Below, piece by piece: positions 53,996-61,933 of a DNA stretch of 64,000 bases (position 1 is its first letter; every line of letters starts with the position of its first letter). The translations under genes and the position numbers were made by a program. The notes under the pieces are model-generated. The model had not been told where the DNA came from and did no database searches. It was given only the letters and a program-made list of their open reading frames with translations. The stretch covers positions 1,455,056 to 1,519,055 of the forward strand of contig CAVTPV010000005.1 in assembly GCA_963736705.1 (NCBI GenBank), written 5' to 3'. Source of the DNA: an uncultured Actinomycetota bacterium. GTDB lineage: Bacteria; Actinomycetota; Thermoleophilia; RBG-16-64-13.

Positions 53996-55211
53996 GTGGC
54001 TACATACACCTACACGGCCAAGAAGGACCGCGGAGCCCTATTCGCGGGTGAAGCGGTGGGCGACTCCAAGGCCGCCGTCGTCTCCGAACTGCGCCGCAAA
54101 GGACTCACAGTCGTCGCCCTCGAGGAGAAGAAGGGCGCCCTCGACCTCAAACAACTCCTCGAGAACAGCAAGCGCATCAGCGTGCGCGACAAGGCGGTCT
54201 TCGCACGGCAGTTCGCTACGATGATCAGCTCGGGTCTCGCGGTGTTGCGCGCCCTGTACGTTCTGGAAGATCAGACCGAGAACCCCCGGCTCAAGAAGAT
54301 CATCAGACTGGTCCGCGACGACGTGGAGGCCGGCGGCACGCTTTCGGACTCCATGGCCAAGCATTCTGGGGCCTTCGATAGGCTGTACGTGGCCATGGTC
54401 CGCGCCGGAGAGACCTCGGGGGCGCTTGGACCAGACGCTCATGCGCTTGGCCACCCAGCTCGAAAAGCAAGACAGTCTGAAGCGGGCGATCAAGTCGGCC
54501 ATGACCTACCCGGTGCTGATCGCCGTGTTCGCCATCATGGTCATGATCGGCATGCTGCTGTTCATCATCCCGATCTTCGCCAACATGTACAACGACCTGG
54601 GCGGCCAGTTGCCGTCCCTGACGCGTCTCATGATGAACCTCAGCAACGCCCTCAAGGGCTACTGGTTCATAATCTTCCCGGTGGCCGGGCTGCTCATCTG
54701 GTCTCTGGTGCGCCTCAAGAAGACCGAGCAGGGCCGCAGGACGTGGGACAGGGTGAAACTCAAGCTGCCCATGAAGATCGGCCCGATCATCCAGAAGATC
54801 GCCGTGGCCCGTTTCAGCCGCACGTTCGCGACGCTGGTGAGCGCTGGGGTCCCGATCCTGCATGCTATCGATATCACTGGCAAGACCTCGGGTAACTCAG
54901 TCATGGAAGAGGCCATGGTGGACGTCAAAGAAAGCGTCCGAACCGGCGAGCCCATCGCGCGGCCTCTGATGCGCGTTGCGGTCTTCCCGCCGATGGTCAC
55001 GCACATGATCTCCATCGGGGAAGAAACAGGCGCACTCGACGCCATGCTCAACAAGATCGCCGACTTCTACGAAGATGAGGTCGACGCGGCGGTGAAATCC
55101 CTTACGTCGATCATCGAACCGATCATGATGATGTTCGTCGGCGGTCTGGTCGGTCTCATCGTGATCTCGATGTACCTGCCGATGTTCAACATGATGAACC
55201 TGGTCAAGTAG
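53996..55211 (+). pseudogene. pilC: type IV pilus platform protein PilC (GspF family), one frame break as sequenced (~54425)
   Basis: YTYTAKKDRG..FARQFATMISSGLAVLRAL..AMVRAGETSGAL, then DQTLMRLATQLE..FSRTFATLVSAGVPIL..MISIGEETGALD..IIEPIMMMFVGGLVG. Confidence 0.9.
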
Positions 55212-55234
55212 CTACTGAAAAGACCTTCTTGGCG

Positions 55235-55268
55235 AAACGCCGGCTGCCTGCGGGGGTGGCCGGCGTTT
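55235..55268 (+). terminator. intrinsic terminator after pilC
   Basis: AAACGCCGGC (55235-55244) pairs with GCCGGCGTTT (55259-55268), followed by CTTGTTGT. Confidence 0.7.
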
Positions 55269-55276
55269 CTTGTTGT

Positions 55277-55855
55277 CTAGGTCCCTTCAGCGCCGCCGTC
55301 GCAATGCACGATAATGTGCATTATGTAAACTAGGACCGGATACTGCAGCAGACTGAAGACGTCGTAGCCCGCGAGCTTCTCGCGTCCCCCCAGTTCGGTG
55401 AGCTCCACGATGAACGCGAGACCGGCCACGACCCCGCCGGCTTCCTCGACAAGTTGGATCTTCGCTGTGGCCGTTCCGCCGGTCGCCAGGAGATCATCAT
55501 GGATAAGGACCCGTTGACCGGGTTTGATCGCGTCTGCGTGCATCTCAAGCGCATCTGTGCCGTATTCCAGCGCGTACTCGCACCGCTTGACCATCCAGGG
55601 AAGCTTGCCCGGCTTGCGCGCGCACGCGAAACCGGTTCCGATGGCGTACGCCAAGGCCGCGCCCAGAATGAACCCGCGCGCCTCAGCGCCCAGCACCAGG
55701 TCGACCTGCCTGCTCCTGGCGTACACGGCCAACTGATCCACGGCGCTCTTCAGGGCCTCAGGCTCCTGCAGCAACGGCATGATGTCGTGGAAGAGGATCC
55801 CTTCTCTCGGGAAGCCGGGGATGTGGCGCATGTACTTGTCGAGATCGACGTCCAT
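55277..55855 (-). CDS. apt: adenine phosphoribosyltransferase
   Basis: IPGFPREGILFHDI..LGAEARGFILGAALA..VLIHDDLLATGGTA. ATG 55855 is preceded by AGGAG. About 20 extra C-terminal residues are unusual. Confidence 0.88.
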   Translation of the reverse strand: MDVDLDKYMRHIPGFPREGILFHDIMPLLQEPEALKSAVDQLAVYARSRQVDLVLGAEARGFILGAALAYAIGTGFACARKPGKLPWMVKRCEYALEYGTDALEMHADAIKPGQRVLIHDDLLATGGTATAKIQLVEEAGGVVAGLAFIVELTELGGREKLAGYDVFSLLQYPVLVYIMHIIVHCDGGAEGT

Positions 55856-55909
55856 GGTGCTCCTAGATAGGTAAGACAACGGGACTTCCTGCCGCGGGTC
55901 CGGAGGCTC

Positions 55910-56594
55910 CTAGAGCAGCTTGCGGAGTTCCTTGTAGAGCAGCAACTGCATCAACTGGGACAACAACGCTCCCAGATCTTCCAGTATCTTCTCGCCGTAT
56001 TCCCGCTTGTCCGGGTGTGACGACTTCAGGGACGGGGTCGCGATCTGCTCGACGAGCGCCGCTTCGCGTTCCACTGACGATCCGATGAGGCGCAGATTAC
56101 GCGGTTCGACCCCAAAGCGGACCATCAACTGGCAGATGCGCGCCGTTTCCAGGTCGCTGTCGGTGAATGCCGGCCCCTGCTGTCCCCTGCGGTCGATGAG
56201 CCGGTACTCGATGAGCGTCCGCAGATAGATCGGCGTCTATGCCGGCGTTCTCGCAGAACTCCTCCTGTGTATACACGGCGTCTTCACGCTTCAGACCCGC
56301 TGCGCCCCCGAGACGCGCGGACGCCTGCAATTGCTGCCCCAGCACCGCGGATGGTGTCTCCACCCTCTCCCGAATGACCTCCAGCGGCAGGTACTGATCG
56401 CGCTGCAGGGTCAGGATCGTGCGTAGGCGCCGCAGGTCGGCGCCGCTGTATTTGCGGTACCGGCCGGCCGTGCGGCTGGGAGCCAACAGGCCGCGGTCCT
56501 CGAGGTAGCGCACCTTGGTGATGCTCAGGTCCGGGAAGTCGGCCTTCAGTTGGTCGACCACCTGTCCGATGGTGAGCAAAGCGCCGTCACTCAT
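55910..56594 (-). pseudogene. MerR family transcriptional regulator (Rv1828-like), one frame break as sequenced (~56230)
   Basis: LLTIGQVVDQLKADFPDLSITKVRYLEDRGLLAPSRTAGRYRKYS (MerR HTH). The C-terminal domain ..ICQLMVRFGVEPRNLRLI.. is in the frame of ORF 55910..56128. ATG overlaps the FHA gene stop. Confidence 0.8.
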
Positions 56595-57061
56595 AGCTCC
56601 GACCCTTCCTCGACCCGTTCCACGAACACCAGCTTGAACTTGCCGATCTGCAGTTCGTCGCCGTCGAAAAGCCGCTGCTGCTCGATGCGCTTGCGGTTCA
56701 CGTAGGTGCCGTTGAGGCTGTTGAGGTCCTCGACCCAGAACCCGCCCTCGTCGCGCAGAACGCGGGCATGGTGGCGGGATACCGTGACATCGTCGAGGAA
56801 CAGGTCGGAATGCGGACTGCGCCCGATGGTGAGGACATCCGCGTCGAGCGCGATGGTCTCCCCCTCGCGGCCGCCCCCGGCCCGGATCAGTAGGACCGGG
56901 CCCAGGCCCGAAGCCCCGAAGACCTCGAGACCCTCGCGGTCCGCCACCGTATACGTGATGGTCGTCTCGTTCGGGTCGACAGGATTCATCCGGCCGCCAC
57001 AGCGCCGGCAGTAGTTGGAGTCGTCGCTGTTGTCGAAGCTACAGGTCGGACAGGTCGGCAT
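56591..57061 (-). CDS. garA: GarA/OdhI-like FHA-domain protein with N-terminal zinc ribbon
   Basis: [16 protein letters not shown] zinc ribbon and a Thr cluster [11 protein letters not shown] core [44 protein letters not shown] closely parallels GarA. ATG 57061 follows GGAG. Confidence 0.85.
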   Translation of the reverse strand: MPTCPTCSFDNSDDSNYCRRCGGRMNPVDPNETTITYTVADREGLEVFGASGLGPVLLIRAGGGREGETIALDADVLTIGRSPHSDLFLDDVTVSRHHARVLRDEGGFWVEDLNSLNGTYVNRKRIEQQRLFDGDELQIGKFKLVFVERVEEGSEL

Positions 57062-57377
57062 CGCTGCTCCGCCCGGCAGTGTCCTGGTCTCCCTCGACGT
57101 CCTTGGCCTCCCCCACCGACTCGCCCACATCCGCGAACTGGCGGCGCAAGCTCTGCTCGATGCTCTTGATCACGCCAGGATGCTCGAGGATCCGGTCACG
57201 CGCCACCTCGTCGAAGTGCTGGATGACATAGGAATCCTTGACGATGTCTCCGACGCGCCGGCCCAGTTCGACCTGATGGGTGATATAGCGGACCAGCCGT
57301 TCCTCGCGGACATCCGCAGAGAGGTCGTGGAACCTGTCTTCGATCCCCCGGCTCTGGGGGTCCTGCTTACTGGTCAT
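57039..57377 (-). CDS. hypothetical 112-aa protein, no family recognised
   Basis: GC-rich third positions. Starts 10 nt after the RsiG-like gene and overlaps the FHA gene start by 23 nt. Acidic C-terminal tail. Confidence 0.5.
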   Translation of the reverse strand: MTSKQDPQSRGIEDRFHDLSADVREERLVRYITHQVELGRRVGDIVKDSYVIQHFDEVARDRILEHPGVIKSIEQSLRRQFADVGESVGEAKDVEGDQDTAGRSSDADLSDL

Positions 57378-57386
57378 GCCGGCCGC

Positions 57387-57677
57387 TCACTTGTTCCGGG
57401 GTTTGGGTGGCTCGCGACGCGTTCTGCCGCTGAGTATGTCGGTGAGCATGCCCACATCGCCGTTCTCGACCAGCGACCCCCCTGTGGAATGCTTCTCGCG
57501 CAAGCGCCTGACGATCTCTGCCCGGACGATGTCGATCTCGCCATGGAGCAACCGCCTACGCTTGGATATCTCGCGCTCTTCGGCGGCCAAGCGGTCGGCG
57601 AGTTCGTGCAGCTCCTCGTCGGTGTACGACTGGATATTGACCAGCGTTTCGAAAGGAGTGTCGTCCATGGTGCTCAC
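57387..57677 (-). CDS. small coiled-coil protein with a single RsiG-like c-di-GMP-binding-type motif (Q to H variant)
   Basis: 96 aa. [41 protein letters not shown] contains E34-x3-S38-x2-R41-x3-H45-x3-D49, versus the RsiG motif E-x3-S-x2-R-x3-Q-x3-D. The size fits single-motif RsiG homologs. Confidence 0.5.
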   Translation of the reverse strand: MSTMDDTPFETLVNIQSYTDEELHELADRLAAEEREISKRRRLLHGEIDIVRAEIVRRLREKHSTGGSLVENGDVGMLTDILSGRTRREPPKPRNK

Positions 57678-57683
57678 GCCCTT

Positions 57684-57712
57684 ACTATAGAGGTTCGCCC
57701 CAGAACCTTCAA
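57684..57712 (-). promoter_or_regulatory. sigma-70-type promoter TTGAAG-N17-TATAGT driving a leaderless RsiG-like transcript
   Basis: On the minus strand: TTGAAG (57712-57707), a 17-nt spacer, TATAGT (57689-57684). The GTG start at 57677 is 7 nt downstream of the -10 box. Confidence 0.5.
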
Positions 57713-57729
57713 CCTGAGGTGGAGATACG

Positions 57730-57755
57730 CCGCGGCGGTCGCTGCGGCGCCGCGG
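57730..57755 (-). terminator. GC-rich hairpin after gcvH
   Basis: 8-bp stem (57730-57737 with 57748-57755, CCGCGGCG/CGCCGCGG) around a 10-nt loop, 7 nt downstream of the gcvH stop. Confidence 0.4.
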
Positions 57756-57761
57756 TGTCGG

Positions 57762-58151
57762 TCACTCTTCTTCGGTAATGAGTTCCTCGTACTCTTCCGC
57801 GCTCATGAGGTCCTCGGCTTCCGACGGGTCGGTGAGCTTGACCTTGATGAGCCAGCCGTCTTCGAACGGGCTCTCGTTGATGAGCTCGGGGGCATCGACC
57901 ACTTCATCGTTGACTTCCACGACCGAGCCGCTCAGGGGTGCGTAGACATCGGAGACCGCTTTCACCGATTCGACCTCGGCGTAGGCCGTCCCTGCTGTGA
58001 CGTCTGCGCCTACCTCGGGGAGCTCGATGTACACGATGTCACCGAGGGTTTCCTGGGCGTAGCTGGTGAGGCCGAACACCGCGGTGTCGCCCTCGATCCG
58101 AGCCCAGTCATGCTCCCTGTGGTACTTGAGGTTCTTAGGGTTCACATACAC
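57762..58151 (-). CDS. gcvH: glycine cleavage system protein H
   Basis: 129 aa: [54 protein letters not shown] (lipoyl-lysine motif). Confidence 0.95.
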   Translation of the reverse strand: MYVNPKNLKYHREHDWARIEGDTAVFGLTSYAQETLGDIVYIELPEVGADVTAGTAYAEVESVKAVSDVYAPLSGSVVEVNDEVVDAPELINESPFEDGWLIKVKLTDPSEAEDLMSAEEYEELITEEE

Positions 58152-58178
58152 TCCTTTTCTCGCCAGTACGGCGGCCCC

Positions 58179-58187
58179 ATTCTAGCA
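58179..58187 (-). promoter_or_regulatory. extended -10 element TGcTAGAAT for gcvH
   Basis: Minus strand reads TGCTAGAAT, 27 nt upstream of the gcvH ATG, which has an AAGGAG SD. Confidence 0.4.
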
Positions 58188-58204
58188 CAGGGCTTTTTCA
58201 GCCT

Positions 58205-58212
58205 TGTATACT
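58205..58212 (+). promoter_or_regulatory. -10 element TGTATACT for mglB
   Basis: TTGTATACT has the same TTGTATAnT form as the RpiR promoter. It lies 33 nt upstream of the mglB ATG, which has a GAGGAGG SD. Confidence 0.4.
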
Positions 58213-58245
58213 CATGGCCACTGACTGAAGACAAGAGGAGGCGCC

Positions 58246-58746
58246 ATGTCCAGCCGCAGAGGATTGGTCATCAGCGACGAGCAGATGAGGCTGATCGAAG
58301 CCGTGCTGGAACGCCTCCGCGCGGTCTCCGGCTCGCAGTTCGCGGCCCTCGTATCCACGAGCGGGCAGCCCATCGCCGTCTCCCCCCGCGATGGCAGGTC
58401 CGACACCCTTTCGCTCGCCGCGCTCGCCGCCAGTTCTTTCGCGGCCACTCGGCAGTTGGCCCAGATCCTCAGCGAGCGGGAGTTCACCCTCCTGTTCCAC
58501 GAAGGCAAGGAACACAATCTCCACGTGATGCAGGTCACGGACAGTATTCTCCTGCTCATCACTTTCGGCCACGAGACCCAGGTGGGCCGTGTGCGTCTCT
58601 ACACCACACGGGCGCTCGAGGTCCTCAAGCCGGCCCTCGAGAGTGCCGAGAATACGAGTGGAGACGACCGCATGGTCGATCGCGAATACACCCGCGAGAT
58701 GGACGCAGCGATAGACGGTCTGTTCTCCGGGCAGGACGAGTCGTAA
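58246..58746 (+). CDS. mglB: Roadblock/LC7-domain protein, MglB-like GTPase-activating partner
   Basis: 166 aa. [50 protein letters not shown] fits the Roadblock/LC7 alpha-beta-alpha pattern. It sits immediately upstream of mglA, as in mglBA operons. Confidence 0.7.
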   Translation: MSSRRGLVISDEQMRLIEAVLERLRAVSGSQFAALVSTSGQPIAVSPRDGRSDTLSLAALAASSFAATRQLAQILSEREFTLLFHEGKEHNLHVMQVTDSILLLITFGHETQVGRVRLYTTRALEVLKPALESAENTSGDDRMVDREYTREMDAAIDGLFSGQDES

Positions 58747-58760
58747 CTGGAGAACCACCG

Positions 58761-59346
58761 GTGGCATTGATCAACCTCGCCGCGCGCGAGATCAACTATA
58801 AGATCGTGTACTACGGATGCGGCCTGTGCGGGAAGACCACCAACATCCAGTACATCCATCGCCGCCTCAATCCCAGCGCGCGCGGGCGCCTGGTCAGCCT
58901 CGCCACTGAAGAGGAGCGCACCCTCTACTTCGACTTCCTACCGCTCACCGTCGGCACGGTCAAGGGCCTGCGCACCCGATTCCATCTTTACACCGTACCA
59001 GGCCAGTCGTTCTACAACGCCTCTCGCAAGCTGGTGCTGCAAGGCACCGACGGCGTCGTGTTCGTGGGCGACAGCCAGACTGAGCCGCTTGGATGAGAAC
59101 GTCGACAGCTATCTCAACCTCTGGGAGAACCTGCGCGACCAGGGCGACGACCTCAGCCGCTTGGCGGTCGTTCTGCAGATGAACAAGCGCGACCTGGGCG
59201 ACATCTTCTCGGTGGCCGACCTGACCGAACTCCTCAACCACACGGACTCCCCGGTGGTCGAGGCCTGCGCTCTCAGTGGTGTGGGCGTGTTCGAGACGCT
59301 CAAGACGGTCTGCAAGCAGGTCATCGCCAAGAGCACGGACGGCTAG
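58761..59346 (+). pseudogene. mglA: MglA-type Ras-like small GTPase, one frame break as sequenced (~59088)
   Basis: [71 protein letters not shown], then NKRDL..GVGVFETLK. Near-colinear with Myxococcus MglA, including the TVPGQ switch. Confidence 0.88.
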
Positions 59347-59379
59347 CCGGGCCCGGGGGCCGCGCTCCGCCGCCGGCTC

Positions 59380-61889
59380 CTAGTCGCGGCCTTCAGCCAC
59401 CACTTCCCTCAGCGCCAACCGGTACTTCTCGGCCAGTTCAGCCGCCCTTGCGTCGTCAGACGCTTCCGCGTAGACGTGGAAGATCGCTTCCTCGGCGTCG
59501 GGAAGCACCAAGGCCCATTCGCCCTTGTCCAGGAAGAGCTTGATGCCGTCCACCAGGGACACCCGGCCGTCGTGAAGCTTCTCCGTCATGCGGCGCATGA
59601 CCGTGCCCTTCAGCTCCCACGGGCAGTCCACCTGGACATGCACGATGTGCGCCACCGGCATCTTCGCGATCAGTTGGGAAAGCGGCGCGTCTGAGGTGGA
59701 GATCAACTCGAGTACCTTGCCCAGGGCGTACAGCGCGTCCGGCGATGGCAGCACCGCCGGGTAGATGTACCCCCCGTCCGTGGTGGCGGCGAAGACCGTG
59801 TTCGGCCGGGTCGCCTCCGCCATGACAGAGGCCTTTGCGTACCGGGTCCGGCGTATGCTCACCCCGGTCGACGCGACCACCTGTTCGGCCAAGCGGGTGG
59901 CGTGTAGCGGTAGCGCGGCCACTCCCGCGCCCGCGTCCTTGGCGGCGTGCTGGAGGAGCAAGAGCATCAGCGCTGGCTCCGGGATCAGGCGGCCCTTCTC
60001 GTCGACCAGATAGAGACACTCGGCTCCCGGGTCGAGGATGGCGCCCACGTCGCCCTCCATGGCCTTGACCATCTCCCCCACCCTGGCCGCCGCCAAGGGC
60101 AGGCTCTCCTCGATGGTGAACCGAGACCGGTTCCGGGAGAACGGTGTTGAGCGCGATGGTCTCCACACCCAGCTTGTCCAGCGTCGTCGGGAAGAAGAAC
60201 GCCGGCGCCGACAGGGAGTAGTCGAGCACCAGGCGGGGCTGCCGGCCCCGTATGGCCACCGTGTTCCAGTTCTCGAGCAGCGAGTTGGTGTAGGTCTCCA
60301 TGACCCGCGGCGGGTAGACCACCTGGCCCATCTCTTCAAAGGCGGCCCTGCGGAAGTCCTCGCGGAAGTAGTGGTTCTCGATGGCCCGCTCCCGCTTGCC
60401 GTCGATGGGCACGCCGGGCGCCTCGGAGAAGAGGATCTCGATGGCCTCGGGATTGTCCAGGCTCATCTGCACGTGGATGCCGCCGGTGGCGTTGGCGCTC
60501 TTGAGGTCGAAGCGGTTGACGGCGAGAGGCGCCGTGGTGAGGTCGCGGACGTTCACGCCCGTGGAGTTCAGGCCGCTGATGATGGCGCGCTTGAACACCC
60601 GGCAGGCGTGGTGCGTGTCGCGGCTGGTGGTGACATAGGAGCCCTTGCCGATGAGCGTGCCGTAGGACATGGCGAGGCGCATGGCCATCTCCGGGGTGAC
60701 GTCCACGTTGGCAAGCCCCCGCACGCCGTTGCGACCGAAGAGGGAGCTGGCGCCTCGGGTCTCCCAGACGATGGAGGAACGGACGGCCGACCCCGGCTCG
60801 ATGTTCTTGAGCGGGTAGATCTTCACGTTGTTGGCCACCACCGCGTTGCGGCCGATGACCGACCTGTCGCCCACCACGGCGCCCTGAGCGATGCTCGCGT
60901 TCTCGTGGACTTCCACCGCGTCCATGAGCACCGCACCATTGACGACTGCCCCAGAGGCTACGTACACGTTCTGCCCCAGGATGGAGCCCCCGATCTGCGA
61001 ACCGGTGCGCACCACGGTGTTGTCCCCCAGCACGGTGTGCGAGAGGATGCGGGCGCCCGGGATCCACCCGTACGTTCTCACCGATGACGGCCGGGCCCTC
61101 AACGTCGTCCAGGCTATCGATCTGGGCGCCCTTGCCCACCCAGATGTTGCCCCGCAGACGCACCCCGGGCGGGGTCAGCTTTATCTTGCCGTCCAGTGCG
61201 TCCCGATTGGCCGCCACGTACTGCTCCAGGCTGCCCACGTCCTGCCAGTAGCCTTCACACACCATGCCGTAGAGAGGCTTCTTCATCTCGAAGAGCTTCG
61301 GGAACAGGTCGTGGCTGAAGTCGTAAGGCTGACCCTCGGGGATGTGATCGAAGATCTCGGGCTCGAGCACATAGATGCCGGTGTTGACCGTGTCGGAGAA
61401 GACCTGTCCCCATCCCGGTTTCTCCAGGAAGCGCTGGATGCGCCCTTGATCGTCCACGATGACCACGCCGAACTCGAGCGGGTTCTCGACGCTCGTCAGC
61501 GCGATGGTGACCATGGCCTCGCGCTCTTTGTGGAAGTTGATGACCTTGGTGAGGTCGAAGTCGGTGAGGGCGTCGCCGCTGATGACCAGGAACGTCTCGT
61601 CCAGCAGGTCCTTGGCCAAGCGGATGGACCCGGCTGTGCCGGCCGGCGTCTCCTCGACCGTGTAGTCGATGTGCATCCCGAGGCTGCTGCCATCCCCGAA
61701 GTGATTACGGATGAGCCGCGGCAGGAAGGCCAGGGTCATGACCGCTTCGTTGATGCCGTGTCGCTGCACGAGCTCCAGGATGTGCTGGATGCACGGCTTG
61801 TTGACGATCGGGACCATCGGCTTGGGCTGGTTGGAGGTCAACGGGCGAAGCCTCGTGCCCTGACCACCCGCCATGACGACTGCCTTCAC
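59380..61889 (-). pseudogene. sugar-1-phosphate nucleotidyltransferase + LbH + PGM/PMM-like fusion, 2 frame breaks as sequenced (~61085, ~60115)
   Basis: N-terminal [27 protein letters not shown]; hexapeptide repeats; PMM-like domains with [12 protein letters not shown] and ILDPGAECLYLVDEKG in place of the TASHNP and DGDGDR motifs. GTG 61889 follows AGGAGG. Confidence 0.8.
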
Positions 61890-61933
61890 GAAGAGCCTCC
61901 TGGTCGCGGATGGGACACCACACGGATACTACG

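Noticed and set aside
50638-55300. Search for a pilin or prepilin peptidase gene in the pilus operon
   Set aside because: No translated frame in the track shows a class III signal (G followed by F/M-T-L-I/L-E plus a hydrophobic helix), and no PilD-like polytopic protein is present. The orphan ORF at 53604 lacks these features.
55277-55340. Extra ~20 C-terminal residues of Apt and a 7-bp inverted repeat AATGCAC-GATAAT-GTGCATT (55303-55322)
   Set aside because: This could be a lost stop, since a stop appears in one alternative frame just after ..LLQY, or simply a tolerated tail. The AT-rich palindrome may be a terminator for the convergent pilC and apt genes. The evidence is insufficient to call either.
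58152-58245. Possible glycine riboswitch upstream of gcvH
   Set aside because: Only 94 nt separate gcvH from the divergent mglB. The space is filled by two -10 boxes and an SD, which leaves no room for a glycine aptamer, and I see no aptamer-like conserved core.
57015-59096. 693-aa + strand ORF, the longest uninterrupted ORF in this part of the track
   Set aside because: Most of it runs antisense to well-supported minus-strand genes (the FHA gene, the two small ORFs, gcvH) and through the mglB region in the wrong frame. Only its last ~110 codons (from GTG 58761) are real, as the N-terminal part of mglA. It is a GC-rich shadow ORF.
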